A program made the translations under genes and the position numbers. Shown in pieces: positions 38,053 to 49,581 of a stretch of DNA of 64,000 nucleotides. The stretch covers positions 1,426,001-1,490,000 of the forward strand of contig OZ287071.1 of NCBI GenBank assembly GCA_965645245.1, read 5' to 3'. Numbering within the stretch: position 1 is the stretch's first letter; every line of letters starts with the position of its first letter. This DNA is from Massalongia carnosa. Lineage: Eukaryota. The notes beneath the pieces are model-generated. The model saw only the letters and a list, made by a program, of their open reading frames with translations. It did not search any database and was not told the origin of the DNA.

Positions 38053-39575
38053 CGTGAAAGATTTATCTCACTGATTTCTCCATACTCTGCCATTCCGCCC
38101 AAGAACGAATGCCGCACATCAATGACTACAACGGTCGAGGACTAGCTTCAATCGAAAGCTCAAATGGTGGGAGAGTGTAAGATGGTCGGTTGCGGGATTG
38201 CACGCGGCGCAGCACGCGAGTTGGGCAAGTCACATGACCTAGCGTTTTCTCGGGGATTTCCTTCGACGAGATGACAAAGAAAAGAGGATGTGGATAAGGA
38301 AAAGGGAAGCTGGAGAGTGAATTATCCCCTCGAAACCAACTCGATACCTGATTCTCCGAATTGTCCGTAAAGAACGGACTTTGCGGTGGGAAACGCAAGC
38401 TTGAGTTAGTCATCATGCCAAGTCATATGATGTAGTTTCTCGGACGGATCTGATCTCATCGTTCTCGTGTCTCTTCGACGGCGATCTGAAAATGCGTGAA
38501 TGAGACTTAATTATTATTCACATTCATCCCCGTCGGCGCGTTCTCCAACAATCTCAATATGCGAGATTCCTCGAATCTTCTCGAGATGCTCCCATCGATC
38601 AAGTAGAATCCCATAACAAGACAAGTAGTACAGGCTAAATCCAGGATCCTCAGCATCATCGTCATGCACCTTATCCGCTAGTCGAGACAGAACAGGAGAA
38701 GTAGTCCAAGCCACCAGGGGACTTGTGCGAATAGACGAATAGACGGAGTGCCGAGATACGCGGGCGCTGATCCATCGTCACAGGTTCAAACCGGGTCCTT
38801 TACAAAGCTATAACTACTTGTGTTGCCTGCGTGGTGGCGATTGTGTTCTGGTGGTTTAGTCGCTAACTACCTACGCTTCATCCTTCAGCTTACAGTGCCG
38901 ACAAGACCTACAACGTATTGCACGGCGCATGGTGGGAAAAGCCCTTTGGTGATAGGGTCCAAGTCGCTTGCCGGAATACTTGCAAAGAGAAGCCTCTGGC
39001 TCTTGGACCATGCTTGCTGGCGTATCAAGTTGGGCGTTATTTACTTAATCGGCATCCTTGGTGGATCAATAATCAAGGCGATGTGAGTAACCGCATCTAT
39101 TGTGCCACATCGCAACCTCATGGAGCACCACGTTGCGTTTAGCTATCCTTCGTGATGAACCCAGATATTCCCCTCTCTTCCATTTTATCCTCGGTCGAAC
39201 CTTTAATCGCAAACTTATTGTCATGGATGAGAGCTTACCTCTGAAACCTGCAGTCATAGGCTTTCCGGGAAATCGAGCTCGTGGAAACAACCTGCGTAAG
39301 CCGAAATCAGTGCGGCCTGACTTCAGCGATTCTCTTACACGTCTCTTCAAATACCCCCGGTTTGCTCAAATCCACATTGAAAAGGACCGTTTCGGCTTAC
39401 CAAGTAATACCGTAGTCAAACTTTTATGTCACGCTTTTAGAAAGAACAAACCCGCGCCGGAAGAATACCCTGGGTGCCCCTTTACCTTCCGATTGCTGCC
39501 TCTGCCACGCCCACATATTCAGTTGCAAACCCTCTAGTGGCGACGTTTAACGTAGGATCGGCTTGGGCTGGAGCA

Positions 39576-41746
39576 ATGTCAAATTCAGACGGGGCTCGAA
39601 GTGGTCGTGGAAGAGGCAATTCTGTTGTCGGCGGTCCTCTTAGTGCAAGTATACATCAACCTTCTCTATCGCAGGAAGAGTTAGCTGCGTCCATCAAAAA
39701 CAGCGGTAATACTCCAGGGGCTATCGAGGACAAACCGTTAGCAGCCGGAAATGGTGTCTCGATTTCAATCGCCTTGGCTGAACCTGCCTTGTATCTTCAA
39801 GGATTTGATCAGTCAGATATGTCTAGTCGAGCAACCACAATGCTTCGAGGAACATTTCATCTCAAATTAACCAAGAGCGCCAAGATAAAATCCATCTCGT
39901 TACAATTTCGGGGTCGTGCGGAAACCGAATGGCCAGAAGGTGAGTGTGTCGGCGAGAATGACTTGAATGCCCAATGCTGACCTGACTAAGGGATTCCACC
40001 TAGGAAGACGGAGTTTAAAGATAAAGAGAGTATCATGAACCATACGTGGCCATTTTTCAACGCTCAATTCCAGACGGCGGAGTACGGTTCAGGAGCCGAC
40101 CAAGTTATGCCTCTCAAAGGGTTGATGACTACCACCAAGGACCTGGGAGTGATGGAGAATCCTGTCTGCGCAATACCTAGATTTGCCTTAGCGTCCAATG
40201 GCAACATAAGTGCCAGCGAAGCCAGGCGACTGTCATTGCAACTCAATCACTCCTGCAGTTTTGGTAACGGAGATTTGGCCCCGAATGGGTCTAGTGTAGC
40301 GCAGAAAGGATATCGAACGTTCACGCCTGGGGATTACATTTACAGTTTCGAACTTCCTATCGATTCTCGTCTTCCAGAGACCATCAGCGTGGAGCTCGGC
40401 AGCGTCAAATACGAGCTCGAAGCCACCGTTGAACGAGCTGGAGCTTTTCGGGCGAACCTTGTAGGCACCAAGGAGGTGACATTCATTCGGGCGCCGACGG
40501 AAGGTTCCTTGGAGCAAGTCGAACCGATTGCCATTTCAAGGAATTGGGAAGACCAGCTACACTATGACATTGTAATTTCGGGCAAATCATTTCCGCTGGG
40601 CGCGCAAGTTCCAATAGCGTTCAAATTAACTCCGCTAGCCAAAGTTCAATGCCATCGAATCAAGGTGTTTCTGACCGAAAACATCCAGTACTACACGACC
40701 AACAAGCGCGTGCATCGGTTGGAGCCCACCCGGAGAATACAGCTTTTTGAAAAACGAGCAGACGGACCGAGTAGCAGTGCGTATCCAGGAAGCACTGTGC
40801 GCATCACTGCCGGCGGAGGAGTGGCTTACAGTGGACGCGCAGCTGCGGCCAGGGGTGACGAGAATGTTCCTCGAGATTCAACAAGTTTACTGGGGAACCT
40901 GGAAGGAGAGCACAACGTTGGGCCTACAGAAATGGAATTCAATGTCCAGTTACCAAGCTGCGCGATGATGAAGGAAAGAGGAAAATACCAAAGGTTGCAT
41001 TTTGACACTACGTACCATGGGATCCAGGTGCACCATTGGATCAAGGTATGCCTGGTAATCGTTCCTGAGAATTCCCTCACTAACTGCACCTCCAGATCGT
41101 CATGAGACTTTCTAAGCCAGACGCAGCTGATCCAACCAAACGCCGACATTTTGAGATCTCCATCGACTCTCCTTTTCACATTCTCTCCTGTCGTGCAACC
41201 TTGGCGAACACCGCTCTTCCGGCCTACACATCGCCGGAATCCGCCAGCCTCGTGACCGAGCACTACGAGTGTGGCTGTCCCGGCGCCTTGAGACGGCGGA
41301 CTTCTCCTTCATCGCTGATGCCGACTCTCAACAGCCTGCATATTGAAAACGGGACCACCGCGCCAAGCGTTAATGTCGTCCATCCATCCGGCGACGGTGT
41401 CACCCGCCCTCCAGCCGCACACGTTCATGGCGATCCCAATTCAGGCTCCGTACGACCAATTCATCTCCTCCGAAACCCCTCCTTCAACCCACCCGCGTTC
41501 ACCGACGAGGACCCCCCGCCGCCATTGATGACTCCTCCGCCCCAGTACGATAGCATCGTGAACGGAGACCCGAGAAGCGGGTTGGCTGACTATTTCTCCC
41601 GACTAGCCGATGCCATCGGCGAGGAAGATGACGATTACATCCTGCGGTCGAGAATGGAATTACCCCTGACTCCGGGTGGCCGCATCAATAGGAGCATGGA
41701 CGAACAGAGGACGTGGCAGCCCTTGGGTCATGCTACAGCTCAATAG
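39576..41746 (+). CDS. Alpha-arrestin (ART) trafficking adaptor, Aly1/Aly2-like
   Basis: SIALAEPALYLQGF, FRGRAETEWPEG|IPP, YSFELPIDSRLPETI, SRNWEDQLHYDIVISGKSFPLG, HHWIK|IVMRLS, RHFEISIDSPFHILSC. C-terminal PY motifs LPAY and PPQY. Confidence 0.88.
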
Positions 41747-42099
41747 CGCGGGTGGCGTGGGGATGAACTAATGAGCATATGGCAACGGCGTGCATCGGAA
41801 GGAGTCGGGCGTTGTGTCTGGGATAGCCGAGGCGTTGGATATGGCTGCATGGTGTCCGGAAGCGTGAGGTCTAGTTTGCAGGCGAAGCATCATTTTAGGC
41901 ATCAGTCGGGAGTTGAGGTTTTATCATATACAGTCGGATATATGGAGCAGATACACACAGCTAGAAAGCCAGCGAGCAAAAAGCCTTCTTCCCCTTTTCG
42001 ATCTCTCGTTTTCTCTCCCAGCATGGCGCCATTTCCGCGACCCCCTGTACATGTTAACAACACCAAACCCCATAACAAACCAAACAGCAGCCGAAATCC

Positions 42100-43236
42100 T
42101 CATTCCCCTACCCCCTTTCCCCCCCCATTTTTCCCCAGCGTAATCGCCTCCAGAATCCGACCCGCTCCCCGTTCCAGCAACGCCCTCGCCAGCGCCCGCC
42201 CACACTCCACGGCCGCAGCGTCCGAGTCCACAAGGTGTCGACGCTCGCCCTCGACGCATTCCGACCCGTCGATGCTCAGCACCACGGCGCGCATGCGGAG
42301 GAATCCCCCACCTGTATTCGCCTTCTCCGCTTCTTCCTCCTCCTCCCACGTCGTCTCCACCCCCACCGGAACGCTACACCCGCCTTCCAAGCACCCTAGC
42401 AAAACCCTCTCTGCGGCACACTCCCACTCCACCCTTCTCCCCTCCCCACCCTCGCTTCCGCCCAACAAACCCCGCACCCACTCGTCGCTCTCGCGAAACT
42501 CGACCCCCAGCGCCCCCTGCCCCACCGCGTGCAACAGGCCCTCTTCACGTCCGAGCCAACTTACGATCCTCGCCCCCAGGCCTAGCCGCAGCACCCCCGC
42601 CCCGGCCAGCACCAAGCAATCGTACCTCTCGGCCTCGTCGTCCAGTTTCCGCAGCCGCGTGCCCACGTTGCCGCGCACGTCGCGGATCCGCAGGCCCGGG
42701 TAGCGCCGCCGGATCATGGCCGCTCGCCGCACGCTGCTCGTGCCCACCACCACCGCCGCCGCCGCCCCTCCCTGACCTCCTTCCTCCTCAGCGGCCAGTT
42801 GCGCCAACGTCGTCTCTGCTTGTTCCCCGCGCCCCGCCCGACCCGCGCGCACAATGAGCACGTCGCGCGGATCTTCCCGGGCGCCGACCGCGCGCACGAC
42901 GCAGCCGGGCGGTAGCGTGGTGGGGACGTCCTTGAGGCTATGGACGATGCAGTCGATGGCGCCGGCCAGCAGCTGGGCCTCCAGCTCATACGTCCAGAGC
43001 GATTTGCCTGTCGTAGTGGCGAGGGTGTGAAGGGACGAGGTGAGGTTGTGGTCGCCGGTCGTGGTCGTCGCGTAGATTTCGGTGGGCGGCGGGTGCGGGT
43101 TTTGTGCGGCGAGGAGGGCAGTGAAGAGGTCGGTTTGGGCGAGGGCGAGGGCCGAGGACCGCGTGCCTATGCGAAGGGTTCGGGGGGGGGGGGGGGACGG
43201 TGAGGGAGGGGTGGAGGGCTGATGCTGGGAGGACAT
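42100..43236 (-). CDS. HEM3: Porphobilinogen deaminase (hydroxymethylbilane synthase)
   Basis: LRIGTRSSALALAQ, GKSLWTYELE, VHSLKDVPT, REDPRD, VGTSSVRR, VRGNVGTRLRKLD, AVGQGALGVE, and the cofactor Cys in LEGGCSVPVG. Intronless. Confidence 0.95.
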   Translation of the reverse strand: MSSQHQPSTPPSPSPPPPRTLRIGTRSSALALAQTDLFTALLAAQNPHPPPTEIYATTTTGDHNLTSSLHTLATTTGKSLWTYELEAQLLAGAIDCIVHSLKDVPTTLPPGCVVRAVGAREDPRDVLIVRAGRAGRGEQAETTLAQLAAEEEGGQGGAAAAVVVGTSSVRRAAMIRRRYPGLRIRDVRGNVGTRLRKLDDEAERYDCLVLAGAGVLRLGLGARIVSWLGREEGLLHAVGQGALGVEFRESDEWVRGLLGGSEGGEGRRVEWECAAERVLLGCLEGGCSVPVGVETTWEEEEEAEKANTGGGFLRMRAVVLSIDGSECVEGERRHLVDSDAAAVECGRALARALLERGAGRILEAITLGKNGGGKGVGE

Positions 43237-43795
43237 TTTTGGGGGGGGTTTTCTGTGGAGGGTTGAAAGGTGGGGGGAGGGAGGAAGGAGGGAATGAGAG
43301 GGATTTTAAGAATGAGGAAGAAGTGAGTTCACACCATGCAGCTAGCTTAAACCAATGCGAACGACTTAGCAATGTCTGAAGATGGATTGGTTTGGCATCG
43401 AGAGTTGGAATTTGGAGAAAAGGATAAACTCATCCATTAAGCGATTTCTAAAACCAATAACCATTCTCATCATGACCCCGCCCCCTTTTCGCCTTATTCC
43501 AACTATTCGAAATGCGAACGAATTTCTTGGATTGAATCAGTGTAATAGTATACAATGCCTAGCTTTAACCGCTTCCAACGGCTGCTAGGAGAAAGGAAGA
43601 TCGGAAAGAGTAGAAATAACAGGTATGGTGCAGCACCAAGAAAGGAAGCGCCCCCCTGCCTCCTATGCTCTATTGCAACAGAACCCCATTGCCTAAAGGA
43701 CCCCCGCCGAACAAGTCTATATATGATGCCGCTACCCCAGAAAGAATTCGAGTACCTACTCAAGCCCGTCGATTCGCGACAAACAGAAACACATC

Positions 43796-45644
43796 TCACT
43801 CCCTGCTTACGTCCCGCCCAAACATTTTCGCCTTCAACCAATCAACAATGACCAAGATCCGATTCCGCGTGCTGAAGCACATGCTTAGATAGGCGCTCCT
43901 CCAGAACAGATACGTCAAGGTACCTCCACTAGCAAAGTTTCCGCTCAGCCAGCTGATGTCCGCCACGGCGCGCTCGCTGCCAATATAGGCTAAGCTTCCC
44001 TGGTGGCTATACTCAAACGGCCCGATCTGTTTGATGCGCCGTAGTTGGCGTTGTAGCGCTTTGATTTCGGCGAAGATTTCGGCGCGCTCGTCGGCTTTGG
44101 CGGTAGATTGCGCTACAGAGAGCTTGGAGAGCTCTTGCTCAATCTCCTCGGATTTGGCGAGCGTGTTGAAGAGGCGCGCAAGGAAGGCACCTTCTTGCGA
44201 GGCGACTTGAGCGGTAGGCGCGTAGTTTGCAATGGCCACGTCGCCGACAGCCCAGATGTTCTCACATCCGTTGACGACCAGATACTCGTTGACGGAGAGA
44301 CCGCGGCGAGAATCTTTCTGCTCCGGGATCTGGCCCATCAGGTCTTTCACCACCGGACGAACGGCGTTCCCGGTGGCCCACACCAAGAGGCCGTAAGGCA
44401 GGATTTCGGTCTCCTTGGTTCCGTCTAGCTTGGTGAATTCGGCTTCGATGAACTTTTCGGTGACCTTCTTGACCATGGTCTTGGTGCGAATGGTGATGGA
44501 TTCTTCTTTAAAGGTGGATTCCGTATAATCGATCAATTGTTTGGAGAAAGAGGGGAGAACGTTGGGGAGCGCTTCGACGAGCGTAACGTGAAAATGATCC
44601 GTTATTTCTGGCACCCATTTTTTAAGGTCCTGTTGAAAAAAGTCTTGCAGCTCGCCGGCAAATTCTACGCCAGTAGGTCCACCTCCAACAACTACCCTGA
44701 TCATCGTCAGCAAGGCCCCTACCCCTGAACAACAGGTTCTCACATGTGAAGAAGACGTTTCCGTTCTTCGTCTGATTGACCTTTGAAGCTAGCAGTCTCC
44801 ACACAATCCATGATGCGTTTGCGAATCTGCTGAGCATCTCCTACTTCCTTCAAAAAGGCCGAATGTTCGCGCACACCGGGGATACCAAATGTAGCATTCT
44901 CAGCTCCGACACCAACGACTAGCATATCAAAAGGTACCTCTGTCGATGAGGTGTCCCCTTTGATCTCTGACTCGTCGTTGATGTAGACTAGTTTCCTCTT
45001 GTAGTCAATTTTGGTTGCTTCTGCTTCGTAGTATTTCACAGTAGCTTTCTTGTGTCTGAGGATGTTTCGAATGGGTTCCATAATGGAGCGATGTTCGATG
45101 GTACCAGTCGTGCATGATGGTAATAGTGGAGTAAAGAGGAAGAAGTTGCGAGGAGAGATGACGATGACATTGTAGTTTTCGGTGTCGAGTTTTTTCAGGA
45201 GCGATACGGAACCCCATCCGGTGCCTCGACATGGTCAGTCGCTTTCCTTCGCGCATGAGGAACCAACTTACCGAGAATCACCAGAGTCTTCTTGGATGAA
45301 TCAACCTCCAACTGCTCTGGAGGCGTTCGAAGGTCGTAGATGGAGTAGGACAAATATGCAACGCCGCCAATTGCAGACAAGTAGACTAACCTCCACGTCC
45401 ATCTGAAGAAGCCACCACCTTTCCGTCTGGCTTTGGGCTGTGATATATCGGCATAGGAGCGTCGGAACAATTGTTGTAGGTGTGAGCTCGAAAGCGTTGG
45501 TTTGATTTGAGCGCGTGAAGGGTGGATTTTGTTTGAGCGTAGGGATGTCGTTAAGGTCCGTCGAGCAGTGATTAAGGATGACAATGAAGCTGCTCTCCGC
45601 AAGGTCATCCCACCTGGGGCTCTCGTAAGAGCCTTTGTCGCCAT
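43796..45644 (-). CDS. NDE1: Type II (rotenone-insensitive) mitochondrial NADH dehydrogenase, Nde1-like
   Basis: Basic presequence MATKALTR, then KTLVILG|TGWGS, ISPRNFFLFTPLLPSCTTGT, VVVGGGPTGVEFAGEL, YAPTAQVASQEG and C-terminal FGRDVSRE. Two introns. Confidence 0.92.
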
Positions 45645-46527
45645 TAGGTTGAAGAATTGAAGAAGGATAAGTAAGTCTAGTTTGAAGTTCAGGTAAAAGC
45701 AAGAAGAAAGAGGAGGAAAAAGGAAAGGAAAGGTTGACCTAGGAGCATGGACGTTCCTTTCGGGAAAGAAAAGCACAAAAGGGCACTAAATTAAGTTTAA
45801 TTCTCCGGGCAATGTCTATTGAGGCTAGCTCCATCCTGTATGGCCGTAGGGCTATAGGGCTGGAGGGCTGGTGGGTTGGTCGCATTTGACTTTGGCGTAC
45901 AGAGTGCTCTGTATGCGGATTATCAGTGGAATGGCACCAAGTTAGTCAAAAGATCACCGTGTTGATAAGGCCCGACAAACAAAGATAGGGAGTTGGCCCA
46001 AGGTTAACCGAGGTCTTCAAGCATCTTCATCAGGTTCACTTTAAAACCTACCCACCGTGTCTACCGATACGACTTCATACACTTCCCGTATCTACCCCGA
46101 CCAACCGACCAACCGGCCAACCGACCTCACGAGGCTATTCCCACCCGGTTTCGTCCGTAATCTTGTGGTTATGGCAGTCATCTGCAAAAGGGCTCCGAAG
46201 ATCTTACGTCGTGCTCGCTACTCGGCTTTCAGCCATTGGACTAGCGGTGTAACAAAAAAAGGATTAGAAGCCGGTGCATATTTCGGCAATCGAATGTGTT
46301 GGTGGAGATGGTGTACATAGCGGGCATGTGCTCCTCGGCTGTAAATGGTACGCCAGTCTTCAAAAACGCCATCGTCCCCACAACCTGTTGCCCCTACGAC
46401 GAGAGACAGCGCACATCCCATGTAAAGGACACTGTGCGCCCTTCACAGCCAAAGCCTGGAGGAAGAAACAGTACGCAATAACACCCGAGATATCGCAAAT
46501 ACAAATATTGGACCCGCCGAAACCCAG

Positions 46528-48372
46528 TCATGATCGGGATTCTTGCTTGGCCTTTGGCAGCTGTTTCACCCTATCCAGCTTTAACTCGGGCCCAGGCTCT
46601 TTCTCCTCCTCCTCTTGGATGATATCGTTACTGACTCTCGTCTTCTCGTCTTCCAACGCACCACCGCTTGAGAGGCCGTTGCCCGCGTCGCCCATGCTTT
46701 TCCGTGCTTCTTGAACGAGGGCATCAGCCTCGCTGATTCCGCCCTTTTTCGTGGAGGGCGGATCTCCTTCAACTCCGATCGGCTCAGTTCTCCGTTCGAC
46801 CGTTTGCTGAAGAGCCTTGTTGTCGAAACGAACAATCATGCAAGACAGATTGTCGGTGGAGAACCGAGCGAGGGCATGGTCGACGAGTTGCTTGGAGGCA
46901 ACTTGAGGATCTTGGGTATGGCGGACCAAGTCAACCGCTTCTTGGTCCGTGCAAACATCCCAAAGCTAAAGACGGTGAGCATCAAATGAACGACATGATA
47001 GGAGTAGCCGACTTACTCCATCGCAGGCTAAAATGAGAAACTCGTCCATCTCGGGTTGGATCACCGTTTCTGTAGTGTAAGGATGACCGGTGACAAGGTC
47101 CTTCATGTACGCATCCCCAAGGGCTCTTGTCACGGCAAGCACCCCGTTGACACGATTGTTTAATATCAAACCTCCAGCATTCGAGATTCGCCTCCCTTCG
47201 TTTTCATCGCTCCCCTTGTGATCGTACGACAAGCGTAAAGCTTTACCATTGCGGCACAGGACAATGCGAGCATCTCCCACGTTGGCGGTATACAGCACCC
47301 GTTGACGAGACGCCGAGTCCTGAAGTTTTGGGATAACCGCGGAAGGATTTGAAACCAGAGGTGCGGATTTGGTTTGCTGTGCAGGATGGGACGCTTCCGT
47401 TGCATTATTTGTCGCAGCCGACTCAGATGCAGCCTTGGCGGCGGCAGCAGCTGCAGGCGCAATGGCGCTGGACCCAGTGGCCGACTGAGCGTTGGGTATT
47501 CGGTCTTCCCATCTGAGAACCGCAGTGATCGCAGTGCAGCCACTGTTCTTCACCGGCAGCTTTTCTAGCTGTTGATCTACATTTGTAAACGTTTGATCTA
47601 ACAGTTCCGGGACCGGCGTATTTGGGTATTTTCGTATCATGTCTTCTAACAGCACATGAAGCTTCTTGCCGCACCAGTCTGCAGCAAATGTCCCAGCGTG
47701 ACCGTCAAAAACAGCAAAATACCCGTTATCTGTCTCGACCACATGCGAGCTTTGTGCTAAATCAACTGCTTCCTCGGAATCCTGGCCTTTTAGGCCCACA
47801 CTTGAATGATCATCCGTACCTAAAGAAGGGGCAGGGGTACTCAAGAAATTGTACAGATAGGCATGAGTATCTTCCATTGTCCGTCTGCATTTTTTATTTT
47901 TGTCCTCGGTCACGCCGACACGGAACGTAGACCTTGGCCCAGGACGAGATTCTCCAGCAGAGTTGTTCAACGACCCTTGGGGTACGCTCAACGCTGGATC
48001 TGTCCTACCTAGTTTCTGCAACGCTGAACTTTGCGTCGTCAAGGGACCATCATTGGATGCGACATTTGTTGACCCGGACAGATGAAATGAGTTCTTGGCG
48101 CTTGAAAACAAGGCGCCAGCTTTGGCTATACCACTACTTCTTCGCTTCTTTTCCCCACCTGAACCTATTTCATCGATGGACTTCTGGCCAGTAGAGGGGG
48201 GGTTTAGGTGGTTTGACTTATCCTCGTTATTGGTCCCATCACCATCCGCTGATTTTATGGATAGACTATCAGGAGCGATTCCATGCCCGGTATCTGGTTT
48301 AGGCGGGGAATGGGAGAGGGTGATGTCGCCGTCCTTTGTCAGTCTAGTTGGGCTCGTCGATGAACCAAACAT
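46528..48372 (-). CDS. PTC1: PP2C protein phosphatase Ptc1
   Basis: [84 protein letters not shown]. One intron. Confidence 0.92.
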
Positions 48373-49581
48373 TCTGTTCAGCAGACTTCCTCCGTGAGAG
48401 GAGAAGCTCCTCCTCTTGCTACCTGCCAGGTTGATGATTGTGCTGAAGAATTCCCTTCGGAGATGAGGTAACTGCAGATAGAGGAAATGTGATCGAAAAG
48501 GTGTTCGGAAAGGTGTTCGAAACAGTAGGTGCAGGTGTGACACGAGAAGTATGAAGGCGGGATATCGCGGATGGTGACAAGTCTAATGTTGGGGCCTAGC
48601 CGAAGCTATTGCGAGTGTGGAGTATGAGTTTAACAAAGACGATGGTATTTGCGCAAGGTTTCAAATAACCGTCGGGCCTTGATTGCTGTCAGTCGCTGTC
48701 CAATGTGTGACGCAAATCTCCATCAGATATAGGTGATACTATGAGGAATGAAGTTGATTGGTCACCTGCGCATGTCGATCACGATGCTCAGATGATCCTT
48801 ATCCGGCTGATGCTGAAAGTTTCCATCAAATTGAAGGCAAGGTAAGAAGGAGACACTTACGAGAGGCAATGCAGGTAAGCTGCGGTGAAATGATTGAATG
48901 AGCAGCCTCAGAAAGGCAAGTTGATGCAGGAGATGGTTATGTTGCTTGGTTGGCGCCTTTAACGTTAAGGTTCGAGTGTCAAACGTGGGGAGAGTGGGCA
49001 GCCCCTCTGGCCTTATCTGTTCAAGTCAGCCCGTTGGTAGACAAGTAACAAGGTATAGAGTACCTAGGAGGTTAGGTGAAGGTGGCAAGTACAAGAGTAC
49101 CAGGTACCTACCTACATTCATCACGGGTTTAACTAGCGCGCCTTTGAAACCGAACCCGAGAACTCGAGATCGAAAACGTCACTTCAATTCTATGAAACAT
49201 CAAACTCTTATTTTTTCACCAAGAAAACAAACAAATAAATAGACAACTCCCCTTCATGCCCCCTCACCATCACTCTACTGTTGTACCTTGGTTTCTACGT
49301 TTGTGATACCAGCACCACGAAAGCATTCACATTAATATCCCATCCGCAAGGCAGTCAATCGCATTGCAGGACCTGGATTACTTGAGGCTCGAATTGGCTT
49401 GGTGCAAGCAGTTTTCACCATTCACCAGTAAGTTATGTCGAGGCCGCTGCCTGCTACGGATACTACTTTGCACAGTTCACGAGGTTGGAGGGATAAGATA
49501 TTCCAGATAAACTCCGCCGAGTGACGACCCCGCGCTAAGTGAAGATATGCCACCGAGTCCTCGAATTGGGTATGCGTTCCT

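Noticed and set aside
39083..39537. 5' leader intron or non-AUG extension of the arrestin gene
   Set aside because: There is a good GTGAGT donor but no convincing branch point before the candidate acceptor, so it cannot be supported.
41771..42703. 310-aa + strand ORF
   Set aside because: Antisense shadow of the GC-rich HEM3 gene, low complexity with no recognisable domain.
45645..45776. In-frame upstream extension of the NADH dehydrogenase
   Set aside because: This is a CT-rich leader, and the ATG at 45644 already gives a good mitochondrial presequence.
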